A DNA stretch of 64,000 bases. It comes from Flavobacteriales bacterium. Its GTDB lineage: Bacteria > Bacteroidota > Bacteroidia > Flavobacteriales > TMED113. The notes beneath the pieces were generated by a model. The model worked only from the letters and a program-made list of their open reading frames with translations. It was not told the DNA's origin and made no database searches. The stretch lies in assembly GCA_002718895.1 (NCBI GenBank), contig PBGD01000007.1, forward strand, positions 10,898-74,897, written 5' to 3'. Within the stretch, counting starts at the first letter, position 1. Every line of letters begins with the position of its first letter. Positions 37,771-47,741 of the stretch are shown one piece after another. Position numbers and translations under genes: made by a program.

Positions 37771-39626
37771 AAATTTCTCAAAAAACTATAGATGAAATAT
37801 TTGGTGCAGCAATTATAGAAGAAGTTATTTCAGACTTTGTTGATTTAAAAAAAAGAGGAGCCAATTATAAAGGGTTGAGCCCTTTTAATGAAGAAAAAAC
37901 TCCATCTTTTGTTGTTTCACCTAGTAAAGAAATATGGAAAGACTTTAGCTCAGGAAAAGGAGGAAATTTAATTTCTTTTTTAATGGAACACGAGCAGTTT
38001 TCATATCCGGAATCTTTATTATACTTAGCAAAAAAATATAACATAACTGTAGAATATATTGATATTAATCCCGATGAAAAGAAAAAAGATAATCATCGTG
38101 AATCAACACTAATTGTAATGAATTATGTTAAGCAAATCTTTGCTGATGATTTATTTGGCTCAAATAGTAAAGCGTTGGATTATTTAAATAATCGAGGAAT
38201 AAATAATGAGATAGTCAAACTATTTGAGCTAGGTTTTTGTCCTAAAAAACAACTAAAGTTAGTTGATCAGATAAAGTCTGCTGGCTACAATGAAAAATAT
38301 TTACATGATACCAGAATTGTAAATAAAAATGGGACTAATCGGTTTTTAGATCGACTTATTTTTCCAATTCACAGTATTTCTGGTCAAGTTGTTGGTTTTG
38401 GCGCTCGTGTTTTATCTGATGTATTAAAATCTCCGAAATACTTAAACTCAGATACTTCTGAAATCTACCAAAAGAGTAAGGTTTTGTATGGATTAAATTT
38501 TTCTAAGAAATATATTAAGAAAGAAGATGTTTGCTATTTAGTTGAGGGATACACTGATGTGATTGCCATGTTTCAAGCAAATATTAAAAATGTTGTTGCT
38601 ACGTGTGGTACTGCTTTAACCAAAGAGCAAGTTAGATTAGTTAAAAGATTTACTAATAATATAGTTATCATTTTTGATTCAGATTCAGCTGGTGTTAGTG
38701 CATCATTAAAAGCCATTGATTTATTCTTAGAACAAGACATAAATCCGGAAGTAATACAATTGCCAACCGGCGAGGATCCAGCTTCATTTTGCGGTCAAAA
38801 ATCTACAGAGACAATTAAACAATTCTTTTTAGAACATAAAACTAATTTCATCGAATTTAAGTGTAGTTTAAACGTATCTGATGCATCTTCCGATTTAATA
38901 AAACATGTAAAAAATATTATATATTCAATATCATTAATTCATGATAATATTATGCAAGCTATTTATATTAAGAAAGCTGCCAAAAAATTTAGTTTACAGG
39001 AAGAAGATATTAGAAAAGAATTAAATAGATTAGCTAAAAAAACACCTCTCACATCATCTAGAAATTTAAATGATAACACCAATAAACAAATTGATTTTAA
39101 AAAATTGAAAAAAAATAACTTGGAGGAATTTCGGTTAATTAGGTTATTTATTAATTATGGATCTTCAAATATTGTGTTACCTGATGGCACTTTTCAAACT
39201 ATATCTCGATTTATTATTAATGAGTTAGATTCGGATAACATTGGCTTTACTACACCTATTTTTGACACACTGTATCAAGAGATTAAAAAAAATATCACAA
39301 TAATTGAATCGCAAAATAATGACTTTTTTTTATCTCATTCAAATTTAATTATAGTTGAATTAGCATCCTATATTATAGCAGATCAACCTTTTTTAGGAAA
39401 TTGGTCTAGGAAAGATATTGTAGTAAGAGAAGAAAAGGACTTACTTTCTCAAGTAGCAAAAGAATCAATTTTACGATTTAAGTTAAAAAGAGTACAAAGT
39501 ATGCGAAAGAATGCATTAGAGAAATTAAAAAACCCCAATGCATCGGTTGATAATGACTTGACTACTTTCACTCAATTAAATCAATTAGAGAAAAAAATAC
39601 AAAAGGAATTAGGTAGAATTTGTTGA
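37767..39626 (+). CDS. dnaG: DNA primase
   Basis: EKTPSF, R.IFPI, PKYLNS, TOPRIM VEGYTDV and FDSDSAG, DP. Confidence 0.96.
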   Translation: MKISQKTIDEIFGAAIIEEVISDFVDLKKRGANYKGLSPFNEEKTPSFVVSPSKEIWKDFSSGKGGNLISFLMEHEQFSYPESLLYLAKKYNITVEYIDINPDEKKKDNHRESTLIVMNYVKQIFADDLFGSNSKALDYLNNRGINNEIVKLFELGFCPKKQLKLVDQIKSAGYNEKYLHDTRIVNKNGTNRFLDRLIFPIHSISGQVVGFGARVLSDVLKSPKYLNSDTSEIYQKSKVLYGLNFSKKYIKKEDVCYLVEGYTDVIAMFQANIKNVVATCGTALTKEQVRLVKRFTNNIVIIFDSDSAGVSASLKAIDLFLEQDINPEVIQLPTGEDPASFCGQKSTETIKQFFLEHKTNFIEFKCSLNVSDASSDLIKHVKNIIYSISLIHDNIMQAIYIKKAAKKFSLQEEDIRKELNRLAKKTPLTSSRNLNDNTNKQIDFKKLKKNNLEEFRLIRLFINYGSSNIVLPDGTFQTISRFIINELDSDNIGFTTPIFDTLYQEIKKNITIIESQNNDFFLSHSNLIIVELASYIIADQPFLGNWSRKDIVVREEKDLLSQVAKESILRFKLKRVQSMRKNALEKLKNPNASVDNDLTTFTQLNQLEKKIQKELGRIC

Positions 39627-40361
39627 TTTTAATTTATCTAATATTTCACAAAACTCTTTTGGTTTAAGTTGTTGATTTTGATCACTTAAAGCAATTTCTG
39701 GCTTTTTATGAACTTCAATCATAAAGCCTATAACCTCATAAGACAATGCTTTAACACATACATCATAAATTAATTCTGTGTTGCCTGAAATATGGCTTGG
39801 GTCACATATGAGGGGGATTTTCGGAAATATTTTTTTAAATTTTCTCACTATATCCCAGCGTGGAAGATTTCTATACGGAGAAGGTGACTCTGAAAAAAAA
39901 CCTCTGTTAATAACTTTAATGTTTTTTATTTTAGATTTTTTAAATCTTTCAATTGCACCTATCCATAATTCCAAATTAGGAAAAATTGGGTTCTTAATCC
40001 ATATTTCTAAATCAGATCCTCTTGTTGCTTCACAAATCTCTTGAACCGAGAAAGGATTACAAGTTGTTCTAGCCCCGATCCATAGTATTCCTATTTCATG
40101 CTTAAGTGCAAGTTCAACATGTTGTGCAGTGCCTACTTCAATGGCAAATGGTTTTTTGTATTTAATTTGTGCTTCTTGAATCCATGAAAGGCCCTCCTCT
40201 CCAATACCTTGAAAATTATTTGGAGAGGTTCTCGCTTTCCAAATCCCAGCTCTGAAAATATCCACATCTTTATTAATACTATCTATTGTATCAAAAAATA
40301 TTTTTTTTGTTTCAATTGCACAAGGGCCCGCAATAATAATATGTTTGTTATTTTTTCCCAT
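39609..40361 (-). CDS. DAHP synthase (class I-beta) lacking a chorismate mutase domain
   Basis: IAGPCAIE, FRAGIWKART, WIGART, KNP, CDPSH, IEVH..P..ALSD..QQ. Confidence 0.85.
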   Translation of the reverse strand: MGKNNKHIIIAGPCAIETKKIFFDTIDSINKDVDIFRAGIWKARTSPNNFQGIGEEGLSWIQEAQIKYKKPFAIEVGTAQHVELALKHEIGILWIGARTTCNPFSVQEICEATRGSDLEIWIKNPIFPNLELWIGAIERFKKSKIKNIKVINRGFFSESPSPYRNLPRWDIVRKFKKIFPKIPLICDPSHISGNTELIYDVCVKALSYEVIGFMIEVHKKPEIALSDQNQQLKPKEFCEILDKLKSTNST

Positions 40362-41019
40362 TTAAAATAATTATAAACTCTCCCTTTAATTTTAATTCTG
40401 AAAATAATTTTAATAAGTTCTCCAATGATCCTCTATATGTATTTTCGTGTAATTTAGTCAACTCTTTCACGATGACAGCCTCCCTTTGAGGGTCTATTTC
40501 TGCAAATTCTCGAATTGTTTTAATAATTCTATGTTTTGATTCATAGATAATTGAAGAGCAATTTTTTTGTAAAATTTCTGTAATTGTTTTTTTTCTACCC
40601 TTTTTAATTGGTATAAAACCATTGAAATAAAACTTTTCACTTGGGAATCCTGATTGAATTAACGCAGGTATACATGCAGTTGGTCCAGGTAGACAAATAA
40701 CATTTATTTGTTTTTTTATACACTCACGAATTATTAAAAAGCCTGGGTCTGATATACCAGGAGTTCCAGCATCACTTACAAGACAACAATTAATTCCTTT
40801 ATAAATCTTTTCAATTACATTATTTAGTATTTTGTGTTCATTGTATTTATGATAACTAATCATCTTGGTTTTAATGCCATAATGTGAAAGTAATTTTTTT
40901 GTAGTTCTTGTATCTTCTGCTAACACCAGATCTGATTGTTTTAGTAAACGTACACTTCTGTATGTTATATCTTCTAAGTTTCCAATAGGAGTTGGAATTA
41001 TATGTAGAACTCTTTCCAT
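40348..41019 (-). CDS. rsmI: 16S rRNA (cytidine(1402)-2'-O)-methyltransferase
   Basis: PTPIGNLEDIT, AEDTR, VSDAGTPGISDPG, YES.HR, ELTK.HE, KGEF. Confidence 0.96.
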   Translation of the reverse strand: MERVLHIIPTPIGNLEDITYRSVRLLKQSDLVLAEDTRTTKKLLSHYGIKTKMISYHKYNEHKILNNVIEKIYKGINCCLVSDAGTPGISDPGFLIIRECIKKQINVICLPGPTACIPALIQSGFPSEKFYFNGFIPIKKGRKKTITEILQKNCSSIIYESKHRIIKTIREFAEIDPQREAVIVKELTKLHENTYRGSLENLLKLFSELKLKGEFIIILNGKK

Positions 41020-41066
41020 ACTAATTGTTAATTTACTAATTTAGGGAATATAATTTATAAGTTTTT

Positions 41067-41606
41067 ATGAAGGGAATTGAAGTTATTACTGGTTGCATGT
41101 TCTCAGGTAAAACTACTGCACTTTTTTCTAGATTAAAATCAAGTAGAGACACCCCCCTCTTAGTAAAACCACTTATTGACGATAGAGAAAGTGGTAATAT
41201 TATCTCTACTCATAGTGGAATTAAGCTTAAAGCTATCAGAGTTAATCATTTATCAGATATTTTTAATTTAATATCAAAAAATACAATTTTAGGAATAGAT
41301 GAAGCACAATTTTTTCCAAATACAATTATTCGTGATTTAAAGTTGCTCAAAAATATAAATGTAAAAGTTATTATAGCAGGTCTTGATAAAGATTATTTAA
41401 ACAACAACTTTGAGATTATGAATCAGATCATTAGTTTATCTGATCATGTGACTAGACTGTATGCCGAATGTAAATGTGGCCATAAAGCTAATTTTTCTTA
41501 TAGAAAAAATCAATTGTTTACAGATCAAGTTTTAATTGGAGATAAAGATGTATATGAAGCCTTATGTGAAAATTGTTTTATGCAAAAACAAAAAAACAAA
41601 TCATGA
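41067..41606 (+). CDS. tdk: Thymidine kinase
   Basis: GCMFSGKTT, IDEAQFF, AGLD, zinc-binding C.CG and YEALC..C. Confidence 0.93.
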   Translation: MKGIEVITGCMFSGKTTALFSRLKSSRDTPLLVKPLIDDRESGNIISTHSGIKLKAIRVNHLSDIFNLISKNTILGIDEAQFFPNTIIRDLKLLKNINVKVIIAGLDKDYLNNNFEIMNQIISLSDHVTRLYAECKCGHKANFSYRKNQLFTDQVLIGDKDVYEALCENCFMQKQKNKS

Positions 41607-42706
41607 AAGATCAATTATATTCAACTAAGCTATCAATTAACTCTTCATCATTAGAGAAAAACCTTAATTATTTTAAATCTAATAATAAAGGTACTAAGAT
41701 TATTGCTATGGTTAAGGCAAATGCTTATGGCCATGGAGATATTCAAATTACTAAAAAATTAGAATATTTTGGAGTAGAATATTTTGGAGTAGCAGATTTT
41801 GAAGAAGGAATTAGGTTAAGAAAAAATCAAATAAGTAGCCGAATTATGGTTATGAATCCCTCTGTGAATTCTTTAAGTGCAATAATTAGATATAATTTAG
41901 AACCTGTAATATATAATATAGAATTATTTAATTCACTTATTCAATGCTCTAAGGCTTTAAAAAGTAAAAATAAAATTTATTTTCATGTTAAAATTAATAC
42001 TGGGATGAATAGGTGGGGATTTGATATTATAGAATTACCAACTTTAATTAAAAATATAAAAAACAACCCGCAACTGATTCTAACTTCTTTATATTCTCAT
42101 TTATCTTCTTCAGAAACTCAAGCCAATGATTCTTTTACTTTGAGTCAAATAAAAAAAATAATTAATTGTCAACAAATTTTTTTAGATTACTTAGGAGATC
42201 TTTACCCTACTCACATTCTAAATTCAAGTGGCACATTAAGGCAGTTTAAAAGTAATAATAATTTCAATTTATGTAGAATTGGCATGCTTTTATATGGCGG
42301 TATTAATCATCCAGAAATATCACCAATTTCAGAATTAAGCTCTACTATTTTACAAATTAGGCAAATTCAAAAAAATGAATCAGTTGGATATTACAGAAAC
42401 TTTATTGCTAAAAAGAAAATGAAAATAGCTTTGATCCCTTTTGGTTATGCCGATGGACTTCAAAGAAGTTGGGGTAATGGAGTATTAAAATTTTATTACA
42501 ATGGACATTTTTTGCCGACTGTTGGACATATTTCCATGGATAGTTGTATAGTAGATGTATCTTGCATAGAAAATATTTCCATTGGTGATGAAATTTACTT
42601 TTTTTGTAATAAAAGACCTGTGTGGGATTTGGCAAGAGAACTCAATACAATTTCTTATGAAATTTTATCTACTTTATCTCAAAGAATAAAAAGAATTATT
42701 TATTGA
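41603..42706 (+). CDS. alr: Alanine racemase
   Basis: AMVKANAYGHG, HVKINTGMNR, GYADG, ISMD, TISYE; ATG 41603 overlaps the tdk stop. Confidence 0.94.
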   Translation: MKDQLYSTKLSINSSSLEKNLNYFKSNNKGTKIIAMVKANAYGHGDIQITKKLEYFGVEYFGVADFEEGIRLRKNQISSRIMVMNPSVNSLSAIIRYNLEPVIYNIELFNSLIQCSKALKSKNKIYFHVKINTGMNRWGFDIIELPTLIKNIKNNPQLILTSLYSHLSSSETQANDSFTLSQIKKIINCQQIFLDYLGDLYPTHILNSSGTLRQFKSNNNFNLCRIGMLLYGGINHPEISPISELSSTILQIRQIQKNESVGYYRNFIAKKKMKIALIPFGYADGLQRSWGNGVLKFYYNGHFLPTVGHISMDSCIVDVSCIENISIGDEIYFFCNKRPVWDLARELNTISYEILSTLSQRIKRIIY

Positions 42707-44003
42707 TTTTTGGCTGGTATAATATAAAGCTAAAAAGACAGAAAAAAATCAATGTATTATGATTAAAAAAGTAATTGTCAAATAACATGATAAATAAGAA
42801 AAAAAATGGAAAGATGATTTGCAAATTGTTTTTTTTGTTGTTTTCAAAATAAATTTTGATCTGCTTGATAAAAATGCATAACATTAAAATCAGTCCAATT
42901 AGTCCTAGTTCTACCAAAATAAAAAGAAAATTATTATGAGGATGTTTCAGTTTTTCCTTGTGCACAAAATATGAATTATATACTTGTTCAAATTTATTTA
43001 CGCCGTGTCCAGCAATCGGTTTTTTTAAAATTAATTCTAATGAATTTTTCATAAAAAGATACCTTTTACCTATACTTGTCTCGTATTCAGGTTTTTTATT
43101 TTTAATATCATTAAGCCAATGAGGGTCATTTAAAATTTTTTCAGTAAAACCTTCAATGTCAACAGAGTCTGTTTTACTTGCCATATATTTTGCATTTAAA
43201 TATATCTTTTCATTCATTTCAGGGGGGTTATAAAGCCATCTAAGACTTTTTATTGTTTCAGATGCTCTATTTTGAAACGGTGTATATGAAAAACATGAAA
43301 TTATTATTGTTAAAGTAAAAATAGTAAATACTATGACTTTACTTAAATTAGGCTTAAACCACAATAATATTATAGGGAGAAAAACAATACTAGCTAAAAT
43401 ACCAACTCTCCCATAAGAATTAAGTAATGTGACAAAAGATACAATACATAGACTCCAAAATATAATTGATTTTGTTCTAAATAGTTGGGTAGACAGAATT
43501 AATATTAAACTAAAGCATAGAAATATTGAATAATCAAAGTGATCTAAAAATCCATGCAGAAAAAATTCTTGAGCATAATGTCCCTTTTTAATAAATGAGT
43601 TATTAGGAGTGAGTAAAGTTGCGGTTGATAAAAATATATTAATAATAATACCTAATACAAATGCTTTTTTTGACTTATTAATATCTTTACTTTTTATTTC
43701 CATAGAAAAAAGAATTGGGAGAAGTAATAGATAAAGTTGTTTTTCTACAGTCTTATTCCACAAATTGGAGTTGCTAAAAAAATTATTTATTAGAAAGTAT
43801 ATTAAAAAAAATATAACATATATTGAAATATGGTTATTTAAAATTTTTTTGATTTTATAATCACTACTCATTATCCATGACACAAAAAATAAAAGGCATA
43901 TAATAGTCGATATGCTTGTAGAAATTGTCACAAAAAACCCTAATAAAATTAAAAGAATGGAGTTGATTTTTGGATAGTTAATTTTTCGAATTGACCACGA
44001 CAT
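42696..44003 (-). CDS. O-antigen ligase family (WaaL/Wzy_C) membrane protein
   Basis: Many TM helices; GR.G, S.GKR, P..GHG, HPHNNFL..LVELGLIG. Confidence 0.85.
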   Translation of the reverse strand: MSWSIRKINYPKINSILLILLGFFVTISTSISTIICLLFFVSWIMSSDYKIKKILNNHISIYVIFFLIYFLINNFFSNSNLWNKTVEKQLYLLLLPILFSMEIKSKDINKSKKAFVLGIIINIFLSTATLLTPNNSFIKKGHYAQEFFLHGFLDHFDYSIFLCFSLILILSTQLFRTKSIIFWSLCIVSFVTLLNSYGRVGILASIVFLPIILLWFKPNLSKVIVFTIFTLTIIISCFSYTPFQNRASETIKSLRWLYNPPEMNEKIYLNAKYMASKTDSVDIEGFTEKILNDPHWLNDIKNKKPEYETSIGKRYLFMKNSLELILKKPIAGHGVNKFEQVYNSYFVHKEKLKHPHNNFLFILVELGLIGLILMLCIFIKQIKIYFENNKKNNLQIIFPFFFLFIMLFDNYFFNHNTLIFFCLFSFILYQPKINK

Positions 44004-44017
44004 ATTTTATGTGCAAG

Positions 44018-45670
44018 TTATGGTGCTAAGATATTAGCATATTCATCCGCATTACTTAGTATCATTAATGCTTTATCAACATATGGGTCACCTTCAAGTT
44101 GATACTCTATTCGTCCGGCTTCATAAAAATAACGAGTTATTAAATGTTCTGATAATTGTTTGCTAATTTCTGATTTATATTTTTGAATATCTTTTTTTTT
44201 GTTAATTTGAATTTGTTCTTTCAATGTCTCCAATTCTATTTGGATACCTTCTAAATTAAAATCAATGTCACTTAACTCATTGATTTCTTGTTCAATATTT
44301 TCAATGATAAATTCATTATTTGCAGTAAAATTAAATCCAACCTCTTCTAAATAATTAGTAAATTGATTATAAATGGAATCAGGTAAATTAAACTCATTTA
44401 CTTGATTTTCAGTTAAGTTATAGTTTACATTATTTCCAAATTTAAAAATATAATTATCTCTTAATAATGGCCAAAGTATTTCTGGAAATTCATTTCTTTT
44501 TACTTTAATGTCAGGATCGATTCCACCTCCATCATAGACTTCTCTACCATTTTTAGTGAAAAATTTGTTCCTTAGACTATCAGTTTGATTTGATGTGTCT
44601 ATATCAAGATAACTATTATAATTTTGTGTTTTAATTAAATCTTGAATACATCTACCTGAAGGGGTATAGTATTTAGCTACTGTAACTTTTAGCCTTGAGT
44701 TGTAACTTAAATTTCTACTTTGTTGTACTAATCCCTTGCCAAATGTTTTGTTACCAATGATTACACCTCTGTCTAAATCCTGAATTGCTCCAGCAACAAT
44801 TTCCGAAGCAGATGCAGATGATTCATTAACTAAAATGACTATAGGTATTTCAGGGTATTTAGGTTCCTGCTTAGTTGTATAGGTCTTTTCCCATTCTACA
44901 TTTTTCCCACTTGTAGTTACAACTGTTTCGTTTTTATTTATAAATAAGTTTGACATTCTTATAGATTCATTTAATAAACCACCAGGATTAGACCTTAAAT
45001 CTATAATTAAACCTTTTAAATTCTGCTTTTTAATTAGTTTATTGATTGCTTCCTCAACTTCTTTGGAGCAATTTTTTGTAAATCTTTTTAGCTTGACATA
45101 CCCAATGTCGTCTCTCAAAATTCCAGAATAAGGTACACTTGGAACTTGTATTTTTTCTCGAATTATATTTATGTTTTTAGTTAAATTTTCCTTGCGAAGA
45201 ACCTTAACACTTACTGAAGTACCTGGAGTGCCTTTTAAAAGATTGCTCACATCTTGAACACTAGCGTCATTTATTTCTTCTCCCTCTATTTCTATTAAAA
45301 CATCTCCCATTTTTAGACCAGCTTTGTCTGCTGGAAAGTTTTTGTAAGGTTCATAAATAACAACATTTTTGTCAATTTTTCTAATTGTAGAGCCAATACC
45401 ACCATATTCACCAGTTGTTTGAAATCTAAAGTCTTCAACTTCAGATTCAGGAATGTATTTTGTGTAAGGATCTAATCTTTTTAGCATTGTATCAATTGTG
45501 CTGTGCATCAATTCACCTGGGTCTACAGGGTCTACATAGTATGAGTTTATTTCACGATAAATATTATTAAAAATTTCAAGATTTTTGCTTATTTCAAAAT
45601 AGTTTGTGACAAAGCTTGTCAACAAAAAAATAGAAATTGATAAAATTAAGTACTTTTTAAGTTTTTTCAT
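44018..45670 (-). CDS. S41 family C-terminal processing peptidase
   Basis: LDPYT, PDZ GGIG, DLRSNPGGLL, SASASEIVAGAIQD, FGKGLVQ. Confidence 0.95.
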   Translation of the reverse strand: MKKLKKYLILSISIFLLTSFVTNYFEISKNLEIFNNIYREINSYYVDPVDPGELMHSTIDTMLKRLDPYTKYIPESEVEDFRFQTTGEYGGIGSTIRKIDKNVVIYEPYKNFPADKAGLKMGDVLIEIEGEEINDASVQDVSNLLKGTPGTSVSVKVLRKENLTKNINIIREKIQVPSVPYSGILRDDIGYVKLKRFTKNCSKEVEEAINKLIKKQNLKGLIIDLRSNPGGLLNESIRMSNLFINKNETVVTTSGKNVEWEKTYTTKQEPKYPEIPIVILVNESSASASEIVAGAIQDLDRGVIIGNKTFGKGLVQQSRNLSYNSRLKVTVAKYYTPSGRCIQDLIKTQNYNSYLDIDTSNQTDSLRNKFFTKNGREVYDGGGIDPDIKVKRNEFPEILWPLLRDNYIFKFGNNVNYNLTENQVNEFNLPDSIYNQFTNYLEEVGFNFTANNEFIIENIEQEINELSDIDFNLEGIQIELETLKEQIQINKKKDIQKYKSEISKQLSEHLITRYFYEAGRIEYQLEGDPYVDKALMILSNADEYANILAP

Positions 45671-45681
45671 GGTTGTTAAGT

Positions 45682-45900
45682 TTATGGTACGGGATCATAT
45701 CCAGACCCGCCAAAGGGGTTACACTTTATTACTCTTTTAAATGTTAGATATATTGCATGAAAAGTATTGTGTTTTTTAAATGCTTGAATGCTATATGATG
45801 AGCACGTTGGGTAGAAACGACAATTTTTGCCTAAAATAGGAGATATTATATACTTATATGCTTTTATAATTAAAATAAATAAGCTATTGATAGTTTTCAT
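45682..45900 (-). CDS. yidD: Membrane protein insertion efficiency factor
   Basis: ISP....CRFYPTCSSY, KCNPFGGSGYDPVP. Confidence 0.95.
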   Translation of the reverse strand: MKTINSLFILIIKAYKYIISPILGKNCRFYPTCSSYSIQAFKKHNTFHAIYLTFKRVIKCNPFGGSGYDPVP

Positions 45901-46246
45901 TTAGTTTTTTTTTCAAGACAGTAAATAAAGGTAGTAATTCTTTACTTAATTTATTAAAATCTATCAAATATGTTGAATTATATATAATAATAATATTTAA
46001 TGATTTTTGATTTGAATAAAAATCTTTATTTATAAAAAATATTTCCCTTAAAATTCGTTTGATATAGTTTCTATGAACGGCTTTTTTTATTTTTTTTTTA
46101 GGGACTGAAATAATGGGTTTTTTAATTTCATTTTCATTTTTAATTATTTCATAAATAACAATTAGTGATTTTGTAAAAAGTCTATCTCCATTATTATAAA
46201 GTTGATTTATTCTCTTTTGAGAGAGAGTAGAATCACTGTTTAGCAT
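45884..46246 (-). CDS. rnpA: Ribonuclease P protein component
   Basis: ISVPKKK.KKAVHRNYIKRILRE; adjacent to yidD. Confidence 0.85.
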   Translation of the reverse strand: MLNSDSTLSQKRINQLYNNGDRLFTKSLIVIYEIIKNENEIKKPIISVPKKKIKKAVHRNYIKRILREIFFINKDFYSNQKSLNIIIIYNSTYLIDFNKLSKELLPLFTVLKKKLNENYQ

Positions 46247-46251
46247 GTAAA

Positions 46252-47001
46252 TTATTTTAAATTATTTAGGTATGCATCCATTGCCATAATCATAGAGGGA
46301 TAATTTTCTGTAGGTGCGTTTATTGCAATTGAAAATCCGGCTTTTACGGCAGCTTTATTTGTGGATTTACCAAATGTTGCAATTTTAGTATCACCTTGTT
46401 TATAATTAGGAAAGTTTTCTAAAATCGCATCAATATCTCTTGGGCTATAGGATATTAAAAAATCAAAAGATGATAATTTTAATTTTGATAAATCTTTGGA
46501 AACTGTTTTAAAAAATGCACATCTTCTATATTTAATTTCACTTTTATCCAGCTTGGTTATAAATTCTTCTTTTACAAAGTTAGATGAAACAAATAAAAAG
46601 TTTTCTTGTTCATGTTTAGTGCATAATTCAACTAATTCATCAAAACTATTATTTGCTGAGTAGATTTTTCTTTTTCTATAAGCAATATATTTCTGAAGAT
46701 AATATGATACTGCTTCAGAAATGCAAAAATATTTCATGGAATTGGGCACATTTATTCTCATTTCATCGCATATTCGAAAATAATGATTTACAGCATTTCT
46801 GCTTGTTAAAATAATACTTGTGTAAGATGGAATATGTAGTTTTTGTAGTCTAATATTTTTTACAGTTTCTCCCTCAATTGACAAAAAAGGTGAGAAATGG
46901 ATATTAAGGTCATGCTTTTTGGCTAGATCAAAGTAAGGAGAGTTTAAGTTAGATGGATTTGGTTGCGCAATAAGGACTTTTGTTTTCTTTTTCTTTTTCA
47001 C
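46252..47001 (-). CDS. hemD: Uroporphyrinogen-III synthase-like protein
   Basis: QP.P....SPYFDL, ILTSRNAV.HYF, YFCISEAV.YYLQKYI.YRKRK, AP....PSM; Bacteroidota synteny. Confidence 0.8.
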   Translation of the reverse strand: MKKKKKTKVLIAQPNPSNLNSPYFDLAKKHDLNIHFSPFLSIEGETVKNIRLQKLHIPSYTSIILTSRNAVNHYFRICDEMRINVPNSMKYFCISEAVSYYLQKYIAYRKRKIYSANNSFDELVELCTKHEQENFLFVSSNFVKEEFITKLDKSEIKYRRCAFFKTVSKDLSKLKLSSFDFLISYSPRDIDAILENFPNYKQGDTKIATFGKSTNKAAVKAGFSIAINAPTENYPSMIMAMDAYLNNLK

Positions 47002-47022
47002 CTATCTTAAGTTTTAGTGTAT

Positions 47023-47667
47023 TTAATATATCATATTAGAATTAACCAATTTTAAAATTAAAAAGTATGGAAATAATTCTAGACCACAAAGGTACAAAAT
47101 ATTATAAAATATTAATCTATTACTCATTAGATTTAATCTCTTAATAAAAATGAATTTTGAAATAAAGTATATAAAACAGTAGCAATAAAAAATGTAAGTT
47201 CCTAAATCATTAATTAATTGCCCTTCTTTAACATATGATGAAATAAAAATTAAGGGGAAAAAAAGTAAGCTTAACGCAAATAGAACACTTGAGTAGTTGT
47301 AGAAGTATTTTTTACCATAATCTTTTAATTCAAATGTATATGTAATAAAATATATGCAGCTAATTTTTAATGCAAATAATAATGATAACAGTATCATAAT
47401 CTTTATAAAGATAAAAACAGACATCTTCCCATAAAGACCATAAAACCAAAAAGATAAAATAGTTGATTTAATTATCAATGTATTGGTAAAGCTAAAAAAT
47501 TTGTAAATCAGCTTATCACTTCTGTGATAAATTAACGAGTATTTATGATTAAATAAGAATTGAGCAAGCAAAATGATTCTTGTTCTATCTCTGTATGCAA
47601 TAATAGCGAAAAAAATAACAGAAAATATCATTTGAAATGTGTAAAAATCTGTTAAGTAAAAATTCAT
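47023..47667 (-). CDS. DUF4271-like membrane protein
   Basis: Multi-TM; C-terminal FY.ILYLC.LE..P; sits upstream of hemD as is common in Bacteroidota. Confidence 0.7.
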   Translation of the reverse strand: MNFYLTDFYTFQMIFSVIFFAIIAYRDRTRIILLAQFLFNHKYSLIYHRSDKLIYKFFSFTNTLIIKSTILSFWFYGLYGKMSVFIFIKIMILLSLLFALKISCIYFITYTFELKDYGKKYFYNYSSVLFALSLLFFPLIFISSYVKEGQLINDLGTYIFYCYCFIYFISKFIFIKRLNLMSNRLIFYNILYLCGLELFPYFLILKLVNSNMIY

Positions 47668-47709
47668 AAATAATTTTCTATTCTAAATAATTCTATAAAT
47701 CTAAATTAT

Positions 47710-47717
47710 TATTTTTG
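47710..47717 (+). promoter_or_regulatory. Bacteroidota -7 promoter element (TATTTTTG)
   Basis: Matches TAnnTTTG, 24 bp upstream of ATG 47742. Confidence 0.5.
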
Positions 47718-47741
47718 TTTCTGACATTAATATATAATTTT

